A stretch of 63,214 nucleotides of DNA, the filler included, from Octopus bimaculoides (lineage: Eukaryota), in assembly GCF_001194135.2 (NCBI RefSeq). It is 8 parts of 8 records of this genome, joined end to end, with 100 filler letters (N's around TTAATTAATTAA, not from the genome) between each part and the next. Parts side by side here need not be neighbours in the genome. Positions count along the whole stretch, not along the records: positions 51,757 to 58,238 come from NC_068983.1; positions 58,339 to 63,214 come from NW_026347185.1; 6 more parts are not named here. The stretch is one strand, 5' to 3'. The stretch's first letter is position 1. Every line of letters begins with the position of its first letter. Positions 51,790-63,214 of this stretch are shown one piece after another. Under the pieces are notes generated by a model, which made no database searches, had not been told where the DNA came from, and was given only the letters and a program-made list of their open reading frames with translations. Both the position numbers and the translations under genes were made by a program.

Positions 51790-52240
51790 TTTCAGATAGG
51801 GACCATCAGATTCTTACGTGAATTGTTAGAAAGAATAACAAAAGTACAGCTCTCAAAATTACTACAGAGCTTAATGACCACCTCAAGAACCCAGTTTCCA
51901 TGAAAACTGTTGACTAGGCGCTGCACAAAGCCAGATTTCACAAGAGGGCTGCAATCAGGAAACCACTACTTTCAAAAACAAACGTTGCAAAGCATTTAGA
52001 GTGGTGTAAAAGCCTACAGAATTGGTCCCTAGAGCAGTGGAAGAATGTTATTTTCTCAGACGAGTCAACCTTTATCTTATTTCCAACCACAGGCTGAGTA
52101 TACATGTGGAGACAGCCAAAAGAAGTATTTGATCCAAACTGCCTTGTTCCAAGTGTTAAACATGGAGGAGGATCTGTGATGATCTGGTGGGGGTGGGGCT
52201 ATATCTTGGAAATCCACTGGCCCAATGGTTTTCTTTCATG
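51790..52240 (+). mobile_element. Degenerate Tc1-family transposase
   Basis: AAIRKPLLSKTNVAKHLEWCKSLQNWSLEQWKNVIFSDESTF...[13 protein letters not shown]. Confidence 0.92.
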
Positions 52241-52329
52241 GTTGCTGAACTGGTGGAGAATGTATCTCCCAGCATAGACTAGTCATTAGTGATTTTAGAC
52301 TCTAGGCCCAAAGAATGCCAAGAAGCAGA

Positions 52330-53312
52330 CCAATCTAGAAAGAAAAAAGGATTTGGAAGCTTAAGGACCCTTCATCTGCTCAGAGATTTAGGGACATCCT
52401 AACTGAAAAATTTGATGAGTGGGAGGAGCTACAAACTTGTGACATAGAGAACAACTGGGAATTTCTGCAGGACAGCTTGCTGAGTGCCTACAGACCAAAT
52501 CTTTGCCTATGTTCAGTGATTTGAGGACCAAAGAATTGAAATGTTTTGGATTGTAAGACAGTGTGTGAGAGAAAATCATGATGTCATAGGAGAGAAATGT
52601 GTCTGCATGGATAATGGTGCACTTACATTTGATGATTCTGGAAAGAAAGTGGTTTGGAAATGCCATCATGAAAGACCACTGAACATGGAGAATGAATGGG
52701 AGGAGGAGAGTTTGCCAAATGTTGACTCAATTGAGTGACCAGCTGAATCAACAGTACCTTGGTAGATAAAGCAATTAAGGATATGAAGACTGGGAAAGCC
52801 CTCGGTCCATCAGGAATCACTGCTGAGATGCTTAAAATATCTGACGGTGTGAGTTATGGTCTAGTCACTTGTATTGTAAATCAGGTGGTCCACAAAAGAG
52901 TCATACCAAATGGCTGGTGTAGCAGCACCATAGACAACTGCTACAAAGGTAAAAATGATTCCTTAGATAGAAATAATTACAGAGGTATCAAATTGTTGGA
53001 TCAGGTGATGAAAGTTAGGGAAAGAGTTAGCTTAGATGAGATACAGCTTGGTTTTGTGCCATGGAGAAGAACCACTGATGCTATATATCTGGTAAGACAG
53101 CTTCAGGAGAAATACATAGCCAAAGCTAAACCTCTGTACTTGCCCTTTGTTGACATGGAGAAAGCCTTTGACAGGGTCTCCCAATCCCTCATCTGGTTGT
53201 AAATGCAGAAACTAGGGATAGATAAGTGGTTGGTGAGAGCTGAACTAGCCATGTACAGGAGTGCTACCAGTAAGGTGAGGGTCGGCAATCAGTACAGCGA
53301 AGAATTCAGGGT
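52330..53312 (+). mobile_element. RTE-clade LINE fragment (RT N-terminal half; ORF 52759-53202)
   Basis: MKTGKALGPSGITAEMLK, NNYRGIKLL, QLGFVPWRRTTDAI, LYLPFVDMEKAFDRV. Confidence 0.9.
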
Positions 53313-54258
53313 ACAACGTGTGTGTGCGTGTGCGTGTGTGTGTGTGTGCTCTCTTCTTGTTCCCCTAACTCTTTATCAACATATCTATCTTTGGAACTGG
53401 TTAATTTCAACTCAGTAATTTTTAGTTTCTATAGTTTTTTTTTAGTTTTTAGTTTTCTTTTTTTGTAATTTTAAGTTTAGGTTTTAAATTTAACTTTTCT
53501 GTTTCAATTCTTAGTCCTTTGTCTCATATCATTTAATTGCTTTTAGGCTTGAAATGCAATTTTGAATATCTGCACTAAACTATTGTCCTTATAACCCTAC
53601 CTAGATTGACCTTCCACCCCCACTCTACTGAAACTTTAACCACACGACATATCTATATCATTACCTTCACTTTTATTTATATAATTTTATTCTTATTTTT
53701 TTACCCTGTTACCTCTATCTTATTTTATTTTTATTCCCTTTCTCTTCTCTCCCATACATACTCACAAAACCCATTTATAATATATCTATCATTACCTTTT
53801 ATTTTATTTTATAATTTTTATTTTTTATTTATATTTTTTATATTTATTTTATTCTTATTTTTACCCTTTTACCATTATCTTATTTTTTATTTCTTTCTCC
53901 TATCTCCCTTTCTCCTCTCTCTCTCTCTCTCTCTTTCTCATACACCCACTCATAAAAACCCATCTATGTCCATCATACTTTCTCACTCTATATACACATT
54001 TACAATATGAATACATCATTCAGAATAGTGCCAAAATACTACCTGGATTTACCTGGGATTTTAACTAAAAACCTGTACCTTCATGGAAGTACCAACCAAC
54101 ATCCATATCCTCTGGAAAAAGAGGAGATGTGAACATAATTCTCCTGCTTATATTCTTCTAACTACTTTTACTCTTTATTCTTCTACTTTATTCTTTATAA
54201 ACTGAATTTTATTCCTTGTAAACTGTAAATTTTTCCCCATCTAAAATATTCACACCTT

Positions 54259-54334
54259 GTCTCTGATGACAGAATATCCAGTGCACGGACATGCTAACCT
54301 ACCACTTGGGTTATCCCAGAAATGGCTCTTAGAC
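54259..54334 (+). ncRNA. Decayed type I hammerhead ribozyme in a pyrimidine-rich, PLE-UTR-like tract
   Basis: gtct-CTGATGA(54263-54269)-long imperfect stem II-GAAA(54319-54322)-tggctctt-agac. Stem I pairs; stem III has decayed from an inferred ACAGCTGT-A. Confidence 0.55.
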
Positions 54335-54857
54335 TTCAAATTCACCTTATCCTAATTAAATTATTCTAAATGATTTGAGATACTCATTCTGCTGTGGTTT
54401 TTGATTTTTCTTCTAATATAATGTATATAAGCTATAATGGAACCCTAACACAGATCCCTAGATCCAGCCTTAACTGTGATTTTGAAACCTAAAGGTCAAC
54501 CTACTATAGCACTTACCCAGCATACCTATTTGTTTAGATCATAAGTGAACTAAACCCCTCATATTCTTTATATATGTATGTGTGTGTGTATGTATATATA
54601 TATATACATTTCGTTCCTTTCGGGATTTTATCTCTAATTTTGTGGTTCTAGAACCTTGTTGTTCTTTCTAACATAAGGAATCCTATGAGTGGATTCCTCT
54701 TATGTGTTTAAATATACCCTGTATCTTATGAGTAATTCATAGTCTTTGGACTAAATTTTTATATGCTAGGCCACTGGAATTGAAAATTTTTATTAATTTC
54801 CATTTCCCTTCGACATGATTAAGTATATATATATATATGTATATATGTATATATGTA

Positions 54858-54897
<40 letters not shown>

Positions 54898-55364
54898 CTA
54901 CTTCTTTCACATGTCAGATCCAGTTTGATTTATATACGATGATTTGATTTAGTCACGATGTCAGTAAGTGCTATAAATTGAGTAGCTAAATGAGTGCCTT
55001 TAGTTCACACAGGTCCACTCTATTTCTATTGCCAATGGTATTAGAGCAATTTTAGAGTAAATTTGAAGTGCTGGTTCCCAATATCGTATCTATTTTACTA
55101 GATTGGCTGTAGTTTTAACACACACACACACATTGTGCTAGATTTATGGCATATTTTATGTATGAAAAAATAAAAAATTACATGTGTGTCTTTGTGCATG
55201 GAAACAATTATATACATTTTTCATTTTCTTGAATTATACAAAAGAAAAAAATACAGAAGAAGTGTACAGAACAATAAAAATACAAGCAACTTTCTTCACA
55301 TAATCACAATGCATAGTTTGATTTTTTGTTTTTCATGGGTTGTCAAGATAATTTGCAGAAATTC

Positions 55365-56060
55365 AAATATAGACTGCCATCATGTGTCTACTCCTATCTT
55401 GATGACTTTCCAACATCACTTTTTTTATCCTTATGTTCCATCTTCCTCCCTGAAATCGCCATGATTCACTGGAAATCTGTCCGACATGCATTAGAGACTA
55501 CTCTTTGGCTCACATTAGCATCCAAACTTTGAAAGTTACTGAGCAATTTTTGCACCAACTCTTCATAGGTTTTTGCATTGTGGTTACTCCAGAAGTTCTT
55601 GACTAGTGAAAAATAACTGCACCAGGCTAAAATTTCAATATTATTCGTAAGTTTTTGTAAAATTCAAATCTTTGAGTTTACAATGTGAGAACCATCTTAG
55701 ATCCTTGCTTCCAGTTTTTCAATATTCACTGCAGGGAATGATCTATCAAGGTATTAGAAGTAATCAGTATGATTGTCTAAAGTCTTAACAAATTATTTCA
55801 TCGATCCAAGCTTGATATGGAGTGATGAGATAATTATTTTTCTTAGTCAACAATTATTTGTTAATGACATTTGCTGCATCTACAGTCATGTCTTGCCTTA
55901 AGATCCACATCACCTTTCTCCAATGATCTTGCTGTGTTTAATTATTTTACAAGCAGATGAGACAAAAGTATTCCATGGATTCACTTTGTTTCACACACAA
56001 GAAATTCAATATCTTTAGGTCAACACATATGAAAGCAGAGCTTTTGCAACACCATTTGGA
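55365..56060 (-). mobile_element. Second, more decayed copy of the transposase family at 5520-6330
   Basis: Minus-strand ICVDLKILNFLCVKQSESMEYFCLICL, KLGSMK*FVKTLD, LVKNFWSNHNAKTYEELVQKLL, DRFPVNHGDFREEDG. Confidence 0.75.
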
Positions 56061-57234
56061 TATTTTTGAGATTTCATTAAGTTTTATTGAGTGAGCAATT
56101 GGAAAAATGTGCATAATACAGATTTCAGGTTTATGGTGGAACAATGAAGAAAAAGTTGTCAGTCTTCTGGATTATAATCCTTCCAGTATTTCTATTGGGA
56201 AAAGAGTTCAGGAATGTCACTGTAATATGAAAATTCTGTCTTTTAGCCAAAGAAAGAGTTTCCACCTCTTGTTCAAGAAGCCAATATTTTAACTAATTAA
56301 AATATCATCATATTGAACAATTATGACAGATTTCTTGTAATGATTGAAACCTTTCACATTCAGAACATAAAAGTAACAATCATCATAGTGGTTTAAGGAT
56401 CTCTCTTCACACCATAAGCACACCAAATTTCAAACATTTCCTTTCTCTGTTTTTTCACAGTCCAATATATTTATCTGTCTGTTTGTCTGCCTGTCTGTCT
56501 ATCTATCTATCTAATCAAATGCTCTCTGTCTATTTCTCTAATGCTGCCTGCCTGCCTGCCTGCCTACCTGTCTTTGTTTTTTTCTATCACAAAGTTTTGA
56601 TTACCTTTTATATTTGCAAAATGTATTTGTCACCAATAAAACAGGATGTATTAGAATTATTCAATCAGTTTCTTCGTGTTGAACTTATGTTCATTTGTAA
56701 AAAAAGATTACAATTAAGATAACTTTAAGTTAAAAACTAGAGTGGATTAAAAACAATGCTGAAGAGTGAAAAAGATAAACTTAATTTTTCTACATTTGTC
56801 GGCAACTAAACTAAAATTTGTATTAAGGAAAAATTTCTATTTGAGATTGTACAAGATTTCAAAATTAGGGTCAATCTTTAAATTCAGTTTCCACAAAATA
56901 TATTCAGTTCATTCTTTTTTGGAAACAAAGTAAAACAACCAGATGATCTGTAAAGTGACTTGTTAATATTCCATAATTTCAGTCAACTATTCTGAGTTAC
57001 TTAATTTACATAGACATTCAGAACACAAATTACCAGTTAGGTTGTTGGATATTCTCAGTGTTGAATATTTCATTTTGATGAATTAGAATTGTATTGCTTA
57101 AGTTTACATGCACAACCAAATACCTGTCTATCTGTTCATGTATCTGTCTGTCTGTCTATCTGTCCAGCCATCCTGTTCTTATGTCTCAATAAACTGCATC
57201 TGAACCATGCAAGCATGGAAAACAGTAGTTAGAG

Positions 57235-57570
57235 CGTCGAGCTTATGATCGTGAGATTGTGAGTTCACTTCTTGGACCGGGCTGTGTGTTGTGTTCTTGA
57301 GCAACGCACTTTATCTCATGTTGCTCGAGTTCACCCAGCTGTAGAAACGAGTTGCAACATCACTGATGCTAAGCTGTATTGGCCTTTGCCTTTCCCTTTG
57401 GAGAACATCGATGGCATCGAGAGGGGAAGCTGGTATGCATGGGCGACTGCTGATCTTCCATAAAAACAACCCTAGGTTGTGCATTGACCAGTGAGGCAAC
57501 TTTCTGCTCAGACATGTACCCTGGAGGGGAACCTCTTAGGTGCACCCATGGTCATTCATGACTGACTGAG
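57235..57570 (+). mobile_element. CORE-type SINE (family of 31070-31305)
   Basis: Shared central and 3' sequence. Confidence 0.7.
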
Positions 57571-57984
57571 TCAAGTCTAATATATTAGTGTGTGCATAGG
57601 TTCACACACACACACACACACATGTATTATTCAGGATGTTAACAGTTATGCCCAGTCATAAAGTGACCATTGGTTTTGCACCTATAAAGTGCTTAGCAGT
57701 AAAGGCAATTCATCAGACTCAAAAGGTTGAAACCAATGGTCACTCTATGACTGACCTTAACCTTTAACTTCCTAATCATTACTACTCTAATGTTTTAGAG
57801 TGTGCTTCTTTTTTGATTGTATGAACTACTGACTATGATATATATATATATCGCTCATAATAATTTTTCCATCATCTTGGCTGAACAGCTCTCACCGTTT
57901 GTTTTTACTGTCTCGTTCTCACTGTCCTGTTCTTGTTAACACTTTCACCCTCCACAAAAAATCCCAAATTTTATTTAATTTGCT

Positions 57985-58210
57985 TTGCGGGAAGGACTGT
58001 TTCAACGAAGTCTCGTATTGTCCTTGCCTTCGAAACACAGAGTAGAAGAAACAGGGACAACTGATGAAGGGGTAAACTCTTTATGGTGCATGTCTCATTT
58101 CTCTGTTTGTTTGCTTTTTTCGTTGTTCGAAAAAAGTTTGTTTTCTATGTTTTCGTTTCTCATTGTGTTTAACGTTTTTTTTTTTTTATGTCCTGTACCT
58201 ATATATGCAT
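57985..58210 (+). repeat. Dispersed repeat carrying hammerhead strands in non-canonical order
   Basis: GTA(58015-17)|ttgtccttg, GAAA(58032-35), cagggacaa-CTGATGA(58061-67), then a T-rich tail shared with 13868-14028 and 62300-62410. Confidence 0.75.
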
Positions 58211-58238
58211 GTATGTGTACATATATGTATGGGTATAT

Positions 58239-58338
58239 NNNNNNNNNNNNNNNNNNNNNNNNNNNNNNNNNNNNNNNNNNNNTTAATTAATTAANNNNNN
58301 NNNNNNNNNNNNNNNNNNNNNNNNNNNNNNNNNNNNNN
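58239..58338. other. Artificial scaffold-joining spacer
   Basis: 44N-TTAATTAATTAA(58283-58294)-44N. Confidence 0.95.
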
Positions 58339-58799
58339 ATTAGATCGATATCAGTACGCAACTGGTACTTAATTTATCGACCCCGAAAAGTTGAAAGGTA
58401 AAGTCGACCTCGGCGGAATTTGAACTCAGATATATTCCGATGTATTAAATACATTATAATACAGGTGGCTATGGCAATTAACGACCAAAATAAGGGTGCA
58501 AAGTAGCACCTACAATTGCTAGAAATAAGAGCTAAAAGATATAACTCGAACAGCCACACAAAATCATCAACCTCACGAGATTTTCAGGGACTGCGAACGG
58601 CAAGCCACATCTTTTTCCAGCGAGGAAGAAACTCACAGAATGAAGTAATTTGATAAGACCCTATCACGTGATTTCGAAATTTAACCAATAAGGTTTCGTT
58701 TACCCTCAGGGGGATATACAATTTACTACGGGTTAAAGAAATATATATGTATCTAAAATAAGGCCTCTGGACATTACTGTTTTCAATCCTGGTGCTCAC

Positions 58800-59015
58800 A
58801 AGTGTGTTTACCTAGTTTCCATGGCATGTGAGTGACTGAGAGCACAACGATCCGTTTGAACGGGACCCCAGTCTTTCTCTCAGAGTTACCCATTTACAGC
58901 TAAATGCACTGGAACAACGTGAAACGAAGTGTTTTACTACTCAGGAACACAGCGCACCACACGGTTCAAAAATCGAAACCACGATTTTCCCATCGAGAGA
59001 GAAACACGCGCCTTC
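58800..59015 (-). mobile_element. SINE related to 2939-3172
   Basis: Reverse head gaaggcgcgtg...ggtttcgattt and a CORE-like segment. Confidence 0.6.
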
Positions 59016-59510
59016 ACGAATGTCCAGTTAGCTGTGCCAAATTATCTGCGCCCAAACTGCAGCGCCCAACCGTCTCATATTAACCAAGATGGTCGACCCT
59101 TATGGCTCTTAATGACTTTTAACGGCCGTTAACGGCCCCTAATGGCCCTAATGACTCTTATACTGGTTCTGGGTTGGAATTTCTGTGTGGTGCAATAGTA
59201 GAAATGTCCAAAATGTGAGAGCAATAAATGTTCCATTATGGGTCTGATCTGAATTTTGTAAGACGATCAATAAAGACTGGGGGCTGTTAACAAAAGCTAA
59301 AAACCGCTCAAATGAAGGATTTGCACGTTGCAGCGCAGCATGGAATGTCACTCAAATAAATTCCACACACACACACACACATGCAACATATAGTTGCTTA
59401 TACACATACACATACATTTCCAAACACATCCATATGCCCATAAATATATGCAAACACACACACACACACCACACACACAAACACGCGCGCGCACAAACAT
59501 ATATATATAA

Positions 59511-59627
59511 GAGCGCGTTCTGCCTCATCTTCGAAACGCCTAGTTTAGAATAGAGGCAGCTGATGAAGGAAAAATTCCATACGTGGCTCGTTTGTTTTCC
59601 TATGTGTTCATTCTGTTGTCCGTAAAA
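59511..59627 (+). repeat. Dispersed repeat with hammerhead strands in non-canonical order (runs into a gap)
   Basis: GTT(59517-19)|ctgcctc, GAAA(59533-36), gaggcag-CTGATGA(59560-66). Confidence 0.75.
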
Positions 59628-60593
59628 NNNNNNNNNNNNNNNNNNNNNNNNNNNNNNNNNNNNNNNNNNNNNNNNNNNNNNNNNNNNNNNNNNNNNNNNN
59701 NNNNNNNNNNNNNNNNNNNNNNNNNNNNNNNNNNNNNNNNNNNNNNNNNNNNNNNNNNNNNNNNNNNNNNNNNNNNNNNNNNNNNNNNNNNNNNNNNNNN
59801 NNNNNNNNNNNNNNNNNNNNNNNNNNNNNNNNNNNNNNNNNNNNNNNNNNNNNNNNNNNNNNNNNNNNNNNNNNNNNNNNNNNNNNNNNNNNNNNNNNNN
59901 NNNNNNNNNNNNNNNNNNNNNNNNNNNNNNNNNNNNNNNNNNNNNNNNNNNNNNNNNNNNNNNNNNNNNNNNNNNNNNNNNNNNNNNNNNNNNNNNNNNN
60001 NNNNNNNNNNNNNNNNNNNNNNNNNNNNNNNNNNNNNNNNNNNNNNNNNNNNNNNNNNNNNNNNNNNNNNNNNNNNNNNNNNNNNNNNNNNNNNNNNNNN
60101 NNNNNNNNNNNNNNNNNNNNNNNNNNNNNNNNNNNNNNNNNNNNNNNNNNNNNNNNNNNNNNNNNNNNNNNNNNNNNNNNNNNNNNNNNNNNNNNNNNNN
60201 NNNNNNNNNNNNNNNNNNNNNNNNNNNNNNNNNNNNNNNNNNNNNNNNNNNNNNNNNNNNNNNNNNNNNNNNNNNNNNNNNNNNNNNNNNNNNNNNNNNN
60301 NNNNNNNNNNNNNNNNNNNNNNNNNNNNNNNNNNNNNNNNNNNNNNNNNNNNNNNNNNNNNNNNNNNNNNNNNNNNNNNNNNNNNNNNNNNNNNNNNNNN
60401 NNNNNNNNNNNNNNNNNNNNNNNNNNNNNNNNNNNNNNNNNNNNNNNNNNNNNNNNNNNNNTACACACACACACACGCATACACACACGCACACACGTAC
60501 GCACACACACGCATACACATGCATACACACGCATACGCATACACACGCACGCATACGCACACACGCACACACGCATATACGCACGCACGCATG

Positions 60594-60638
<45 letters not shown>

Positions 60639-61077
60639 TCACTGTTATTTATTGCTTTTGAGGCCTCTCATGAGTCCCACTGAAAACATGCAATCCAATA
60701 GGACCTTCTGTCATGGTCGGGTTGTCGGCTTAACCAGTAAGAATGGTTGCTACAAACCCAGCAGGGCTAAAAACAAGACCTGCCAAAAGGACGGATGAAT
60801 CTAGTGTAGGTCCCAAGATCATCAAGCAATACCACGGGCCGTCAGAAATTCTGGGTCGGTGCCCCATGTACTGAAAGGCCACTGGGAGTGAGGTACGCTT
60901 TGGCTTTTGTTAAAACATGTCTCTAGGACAGGAGTGGAGGACCCTTTTTTTTTTAACCAATTGCCCCTAAATATATTTATTTATGCCGACGTTAGACCCC
61001 TTGTTTTGAAAGGAAGAAAATCATAGATTCTTTGAATTCAAGAGGTTTATTGAATCTATTTATATGGAAAATACAAA

Positions 61078-61388
61078 GGTACTCCGTCGGTTACGACGAC
61101 GAAGGTTCCAGTTGATCCGATCAACGGAACAGTCTTCTCGTGAAACTAACGTGCAAGTGGCTGAGTACTCCACAGACACACATGCCCTTGACGTAGTTCA
61201 CTGGGAACTTCAGCGTGGCACAGAATGTGACAAGGCTGGACCTTATTGAAATAGGGGTACAACTCGTTTTTGCTAGCTGAGTGGACTGGTGCAACGTGAA
61301 ATAAAGTGTCTTCCTTAAGGACACAACGCGTCGCCGGGAATTGAACTCACTAAGGCCGAATGCCCTTACCACTCAGCCACGCGCCTTC
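61078..61388 (-). mobile_element. tRNA-derived SINE with a distinct central domain (Nin-like, from memory)
   Basis: Head gaaggcgcgtggctgagtggtaag...gagttcaattccc, CORE-like segment, tail ctggaaccttcgtcgtcgtaaccgacggagtacc. Confidence 0.65.
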
Positions 61389-61669
61389 ACAAGAGAACAC
61401 AATTATAAATATAAAAAGTATAAAACAAATGCTATAAAATAAATTAATATTCTCATCATGAAACAAATGGATTTTTCTAGAAAGTTTTTCACTTCCAGTT
61501 TTGGAGAGATTATGTTGACAACACCTTAGCAATTACGTCCATTACATTGGATAGATGCAGTCTTGCCAGAAGAAAAAATTTCTGTCGTAACAAGGAACAT
61601 GTTTTTTTTTTTATATAATATTACTTATACTTAATGAGTATACATTACCCCCAATATTTTCATTTTTAT

Positions 61670-61990
61670 CCCACTTGGGGTCATTTACCTCTGTTCGCCG
61701 ACCCTTGCTCTAGGAGAAGGTCAGTCTGGTATAAAACTGGATATTTAAGGATGGCATTTGACATTTTGGAGATCTTTTGTCTGCGCTTAGATCATGGCGC
61801 TCGCATATTCCTGAGCCTGCAGCCCCTATCGACAGAGGATATCTTGTCCTGACTTGTCTCTTGGTTATGTCAATAGGGTGGAGTGGGTCAGTGAGGTGTT
61901 GTGCAATCCTCACTGGACCTAAAGCTACAGGCTGCGCGATCGAATGAGAGTTGGCTTTCCGACGAGCGGGCAAGTAGGATGGCGCCCCGT
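61670..61990 (-). mobile_element. Decayed GIY-YIG fragment of a second Naiad-like PLE
   Basis: Minus-strand HPTCPLVGK and PIDITKRQVRTRY (degenerate YIGxTxRxFKxRY). Confidence 0.45.
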
Positions 61991-62299
61991 CGAACATGGA
62001 AGCCGCGGGCATGAACGCATGTATATATATATATATATATATATACATAGAAATAATACATTTCTAAATCTCTCAGAGAATTATGCAGTAGTGATGCGAT
62101 AAAGTAGTTGTATGTTGTAAACGACAGTCCCACGAAGGGAATAATACTACTGCTATTTAGCTGTAGGAAGCAGCACCGCTTCCTGTCGTCCTTGACACAT
62201 TTCCTGTATCTTTATGTTTACAAGGGGGAGACAAGCACCTCCACCCAGCTAAGCCTGCATCCAGAGACATTGCTATTCCAGACTGATGACGAGCAAAGA

Positions 62300-62410
62300 A
62301 AAATGAACAAGGAACAACTGATGAAGGGAATGTTCTTTATGCTGCCTGTCTCGTTTCTCTACTTGTTTTTCATTTTGTTCACGTTTTTTTCACGTCCTGT
62401 ACCCATATAT
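62300..62410 (+). repeat. Partial copy of the CTGATGA dispersed repeat
   Basis: ggaacaa-CTGATGA(62318-24)-agggaatgttctttatg...tcctgtacccatata. Confidence 0.75.
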
Positions 62411-62465
62411 ACATGTATATATACATATATATGTAGGCATGTACATGTATGTATGTATGTATATA

Positions 62466-62501
<36 letters not shown>

Positions 62502-62774
62502 NNNNNNNNNNNNNNNNNNNNNNNNNNNNNNNNNNNNNNNNNNNNNNNNNNNNNNNNNNNNNNNNNNNNNNNNNNNNNNNNNNNNNNNNNNNNNNNNNNN
62601 NNNNNNNNNNNNNNNNNNNNNNNNNNNNNNNNNNNNNNNNNNNNNNNNNNNNNNNNNNNNNNNNNNNNNNNNNNNNNNNNNNNNNNNNNNNNNNNNNNNN
62701 NNNNNNNNNNNNNNNNNNNNNNNNNNNNNATTTATGTTATTATATGTATGATTATATGTATATATACTCTTTCA

Positions 62775-63150
62775 CTCTTTCACTTGTTTCAGTCATTTGA
62801 CTGCAGCCATGCTGGAGCACCGCCTTTAGTCGAACAAATCGACCCCAGGACTTATTCATTGTAACCCAGTACTTATTCTATTGGCTCTCTTTTGTAGAAC
62901 CGCTAAGTTACGGGGACATAAACACACCAGCATCGGTTGTCAAGGGATGGTGGGAGCGCAAATAGAGACACACAGACATATATTTATATACGACGGGCTT
63001 CTTTCAGTTTCCGTCTACCACTCACAAGGCTTTGGTAGGCCCAAAGCTACAGTAGAAGACACTTGCTCAAGATTCCACACAGTTGGACTGAACCCGGAAC
63101 CATTTGGTTGGGAAGCACGCTTCTTTCAACACAGTCACGCCTGCGCCTTA
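62775..63150 (-). mobile_element. Composite SINE copy
   Basis: Reverse complement of the 14032-14415 modules. Confidence 0.8.
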
Positions 63151-63160
63151 TATATATATA

Positions 63161-63214
63161 CTCTTCGAAACGCCTGTGTTAGAATGGTGGCAACTGATGA
63201 AGGAAAATGTTCTC
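63161..63214 (+). repeat. Partial copy of the non-canonical hammerhead repeat
   Basis: cttc-GAAA(63167-70)-cgcc...ggcaa-CTGATGA(63194-63200)-agg; GAAA-to-CTGA spacing is 27 nt, as in the 59511 copy. Confidence 0.75.

Noticed and set aside
59100-59160. Degenerate ~10-bp tandem (ttaacggccc-like) x6
   Set aside because: A short, ordinary minisatellite with no further structure.

Overview
Repeat-dominated, AT-rich animal DNA. The SINE families and the very high microsatellite density resemble what I recall from octopus genomes; this is an inference, not a database match. I could not support any intact host protein-coding gene, rRNA, tRNA or CRISPR array. The window is not one contig: seven identical 100-bp spacers (44 N + TTAATTAATTAA + 44 N) join eight separate pieces. 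Recognisable content is mostly decayed mobile elements: Penelope-like retroelements (a Naiad-type RT+GIY-YIG copy and two GIY-YIG fragments), Gypsy gag, an RLE-type non-LTR element, RTE and L1/Tx1 LINE fragments, pogo, Tc1/mariner and hAT transposases, two copies of an unassigned DDE-type transposase family, a hAT MITE with TSD, and dozens of tRNA-derived SINEs. The most interesting signal is a set of hammerhead-ribozyme (HHR) structures. (i) Two foldback palindromes carry back-to-back type I HHRs (3250-3591, 24129-24400). (ii) A third foldback is built from duplicated HHR 3' halves (29267-29450). (iii) One HHR is decayed (54259-54334). (iv) A dispersed repeat (58011-58072, 59511-59577, partial copies elsewhere) has the three hammerhead strands in the order NUH -> GAAA -> CUGAUGA, which matches none of types I/II/III, with compensatory changes in stem I. 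If it cleaves, this would be a pseudoknotted or trans-acting hammerhead topology. Repeat boundaries were read by eye and are approximate.
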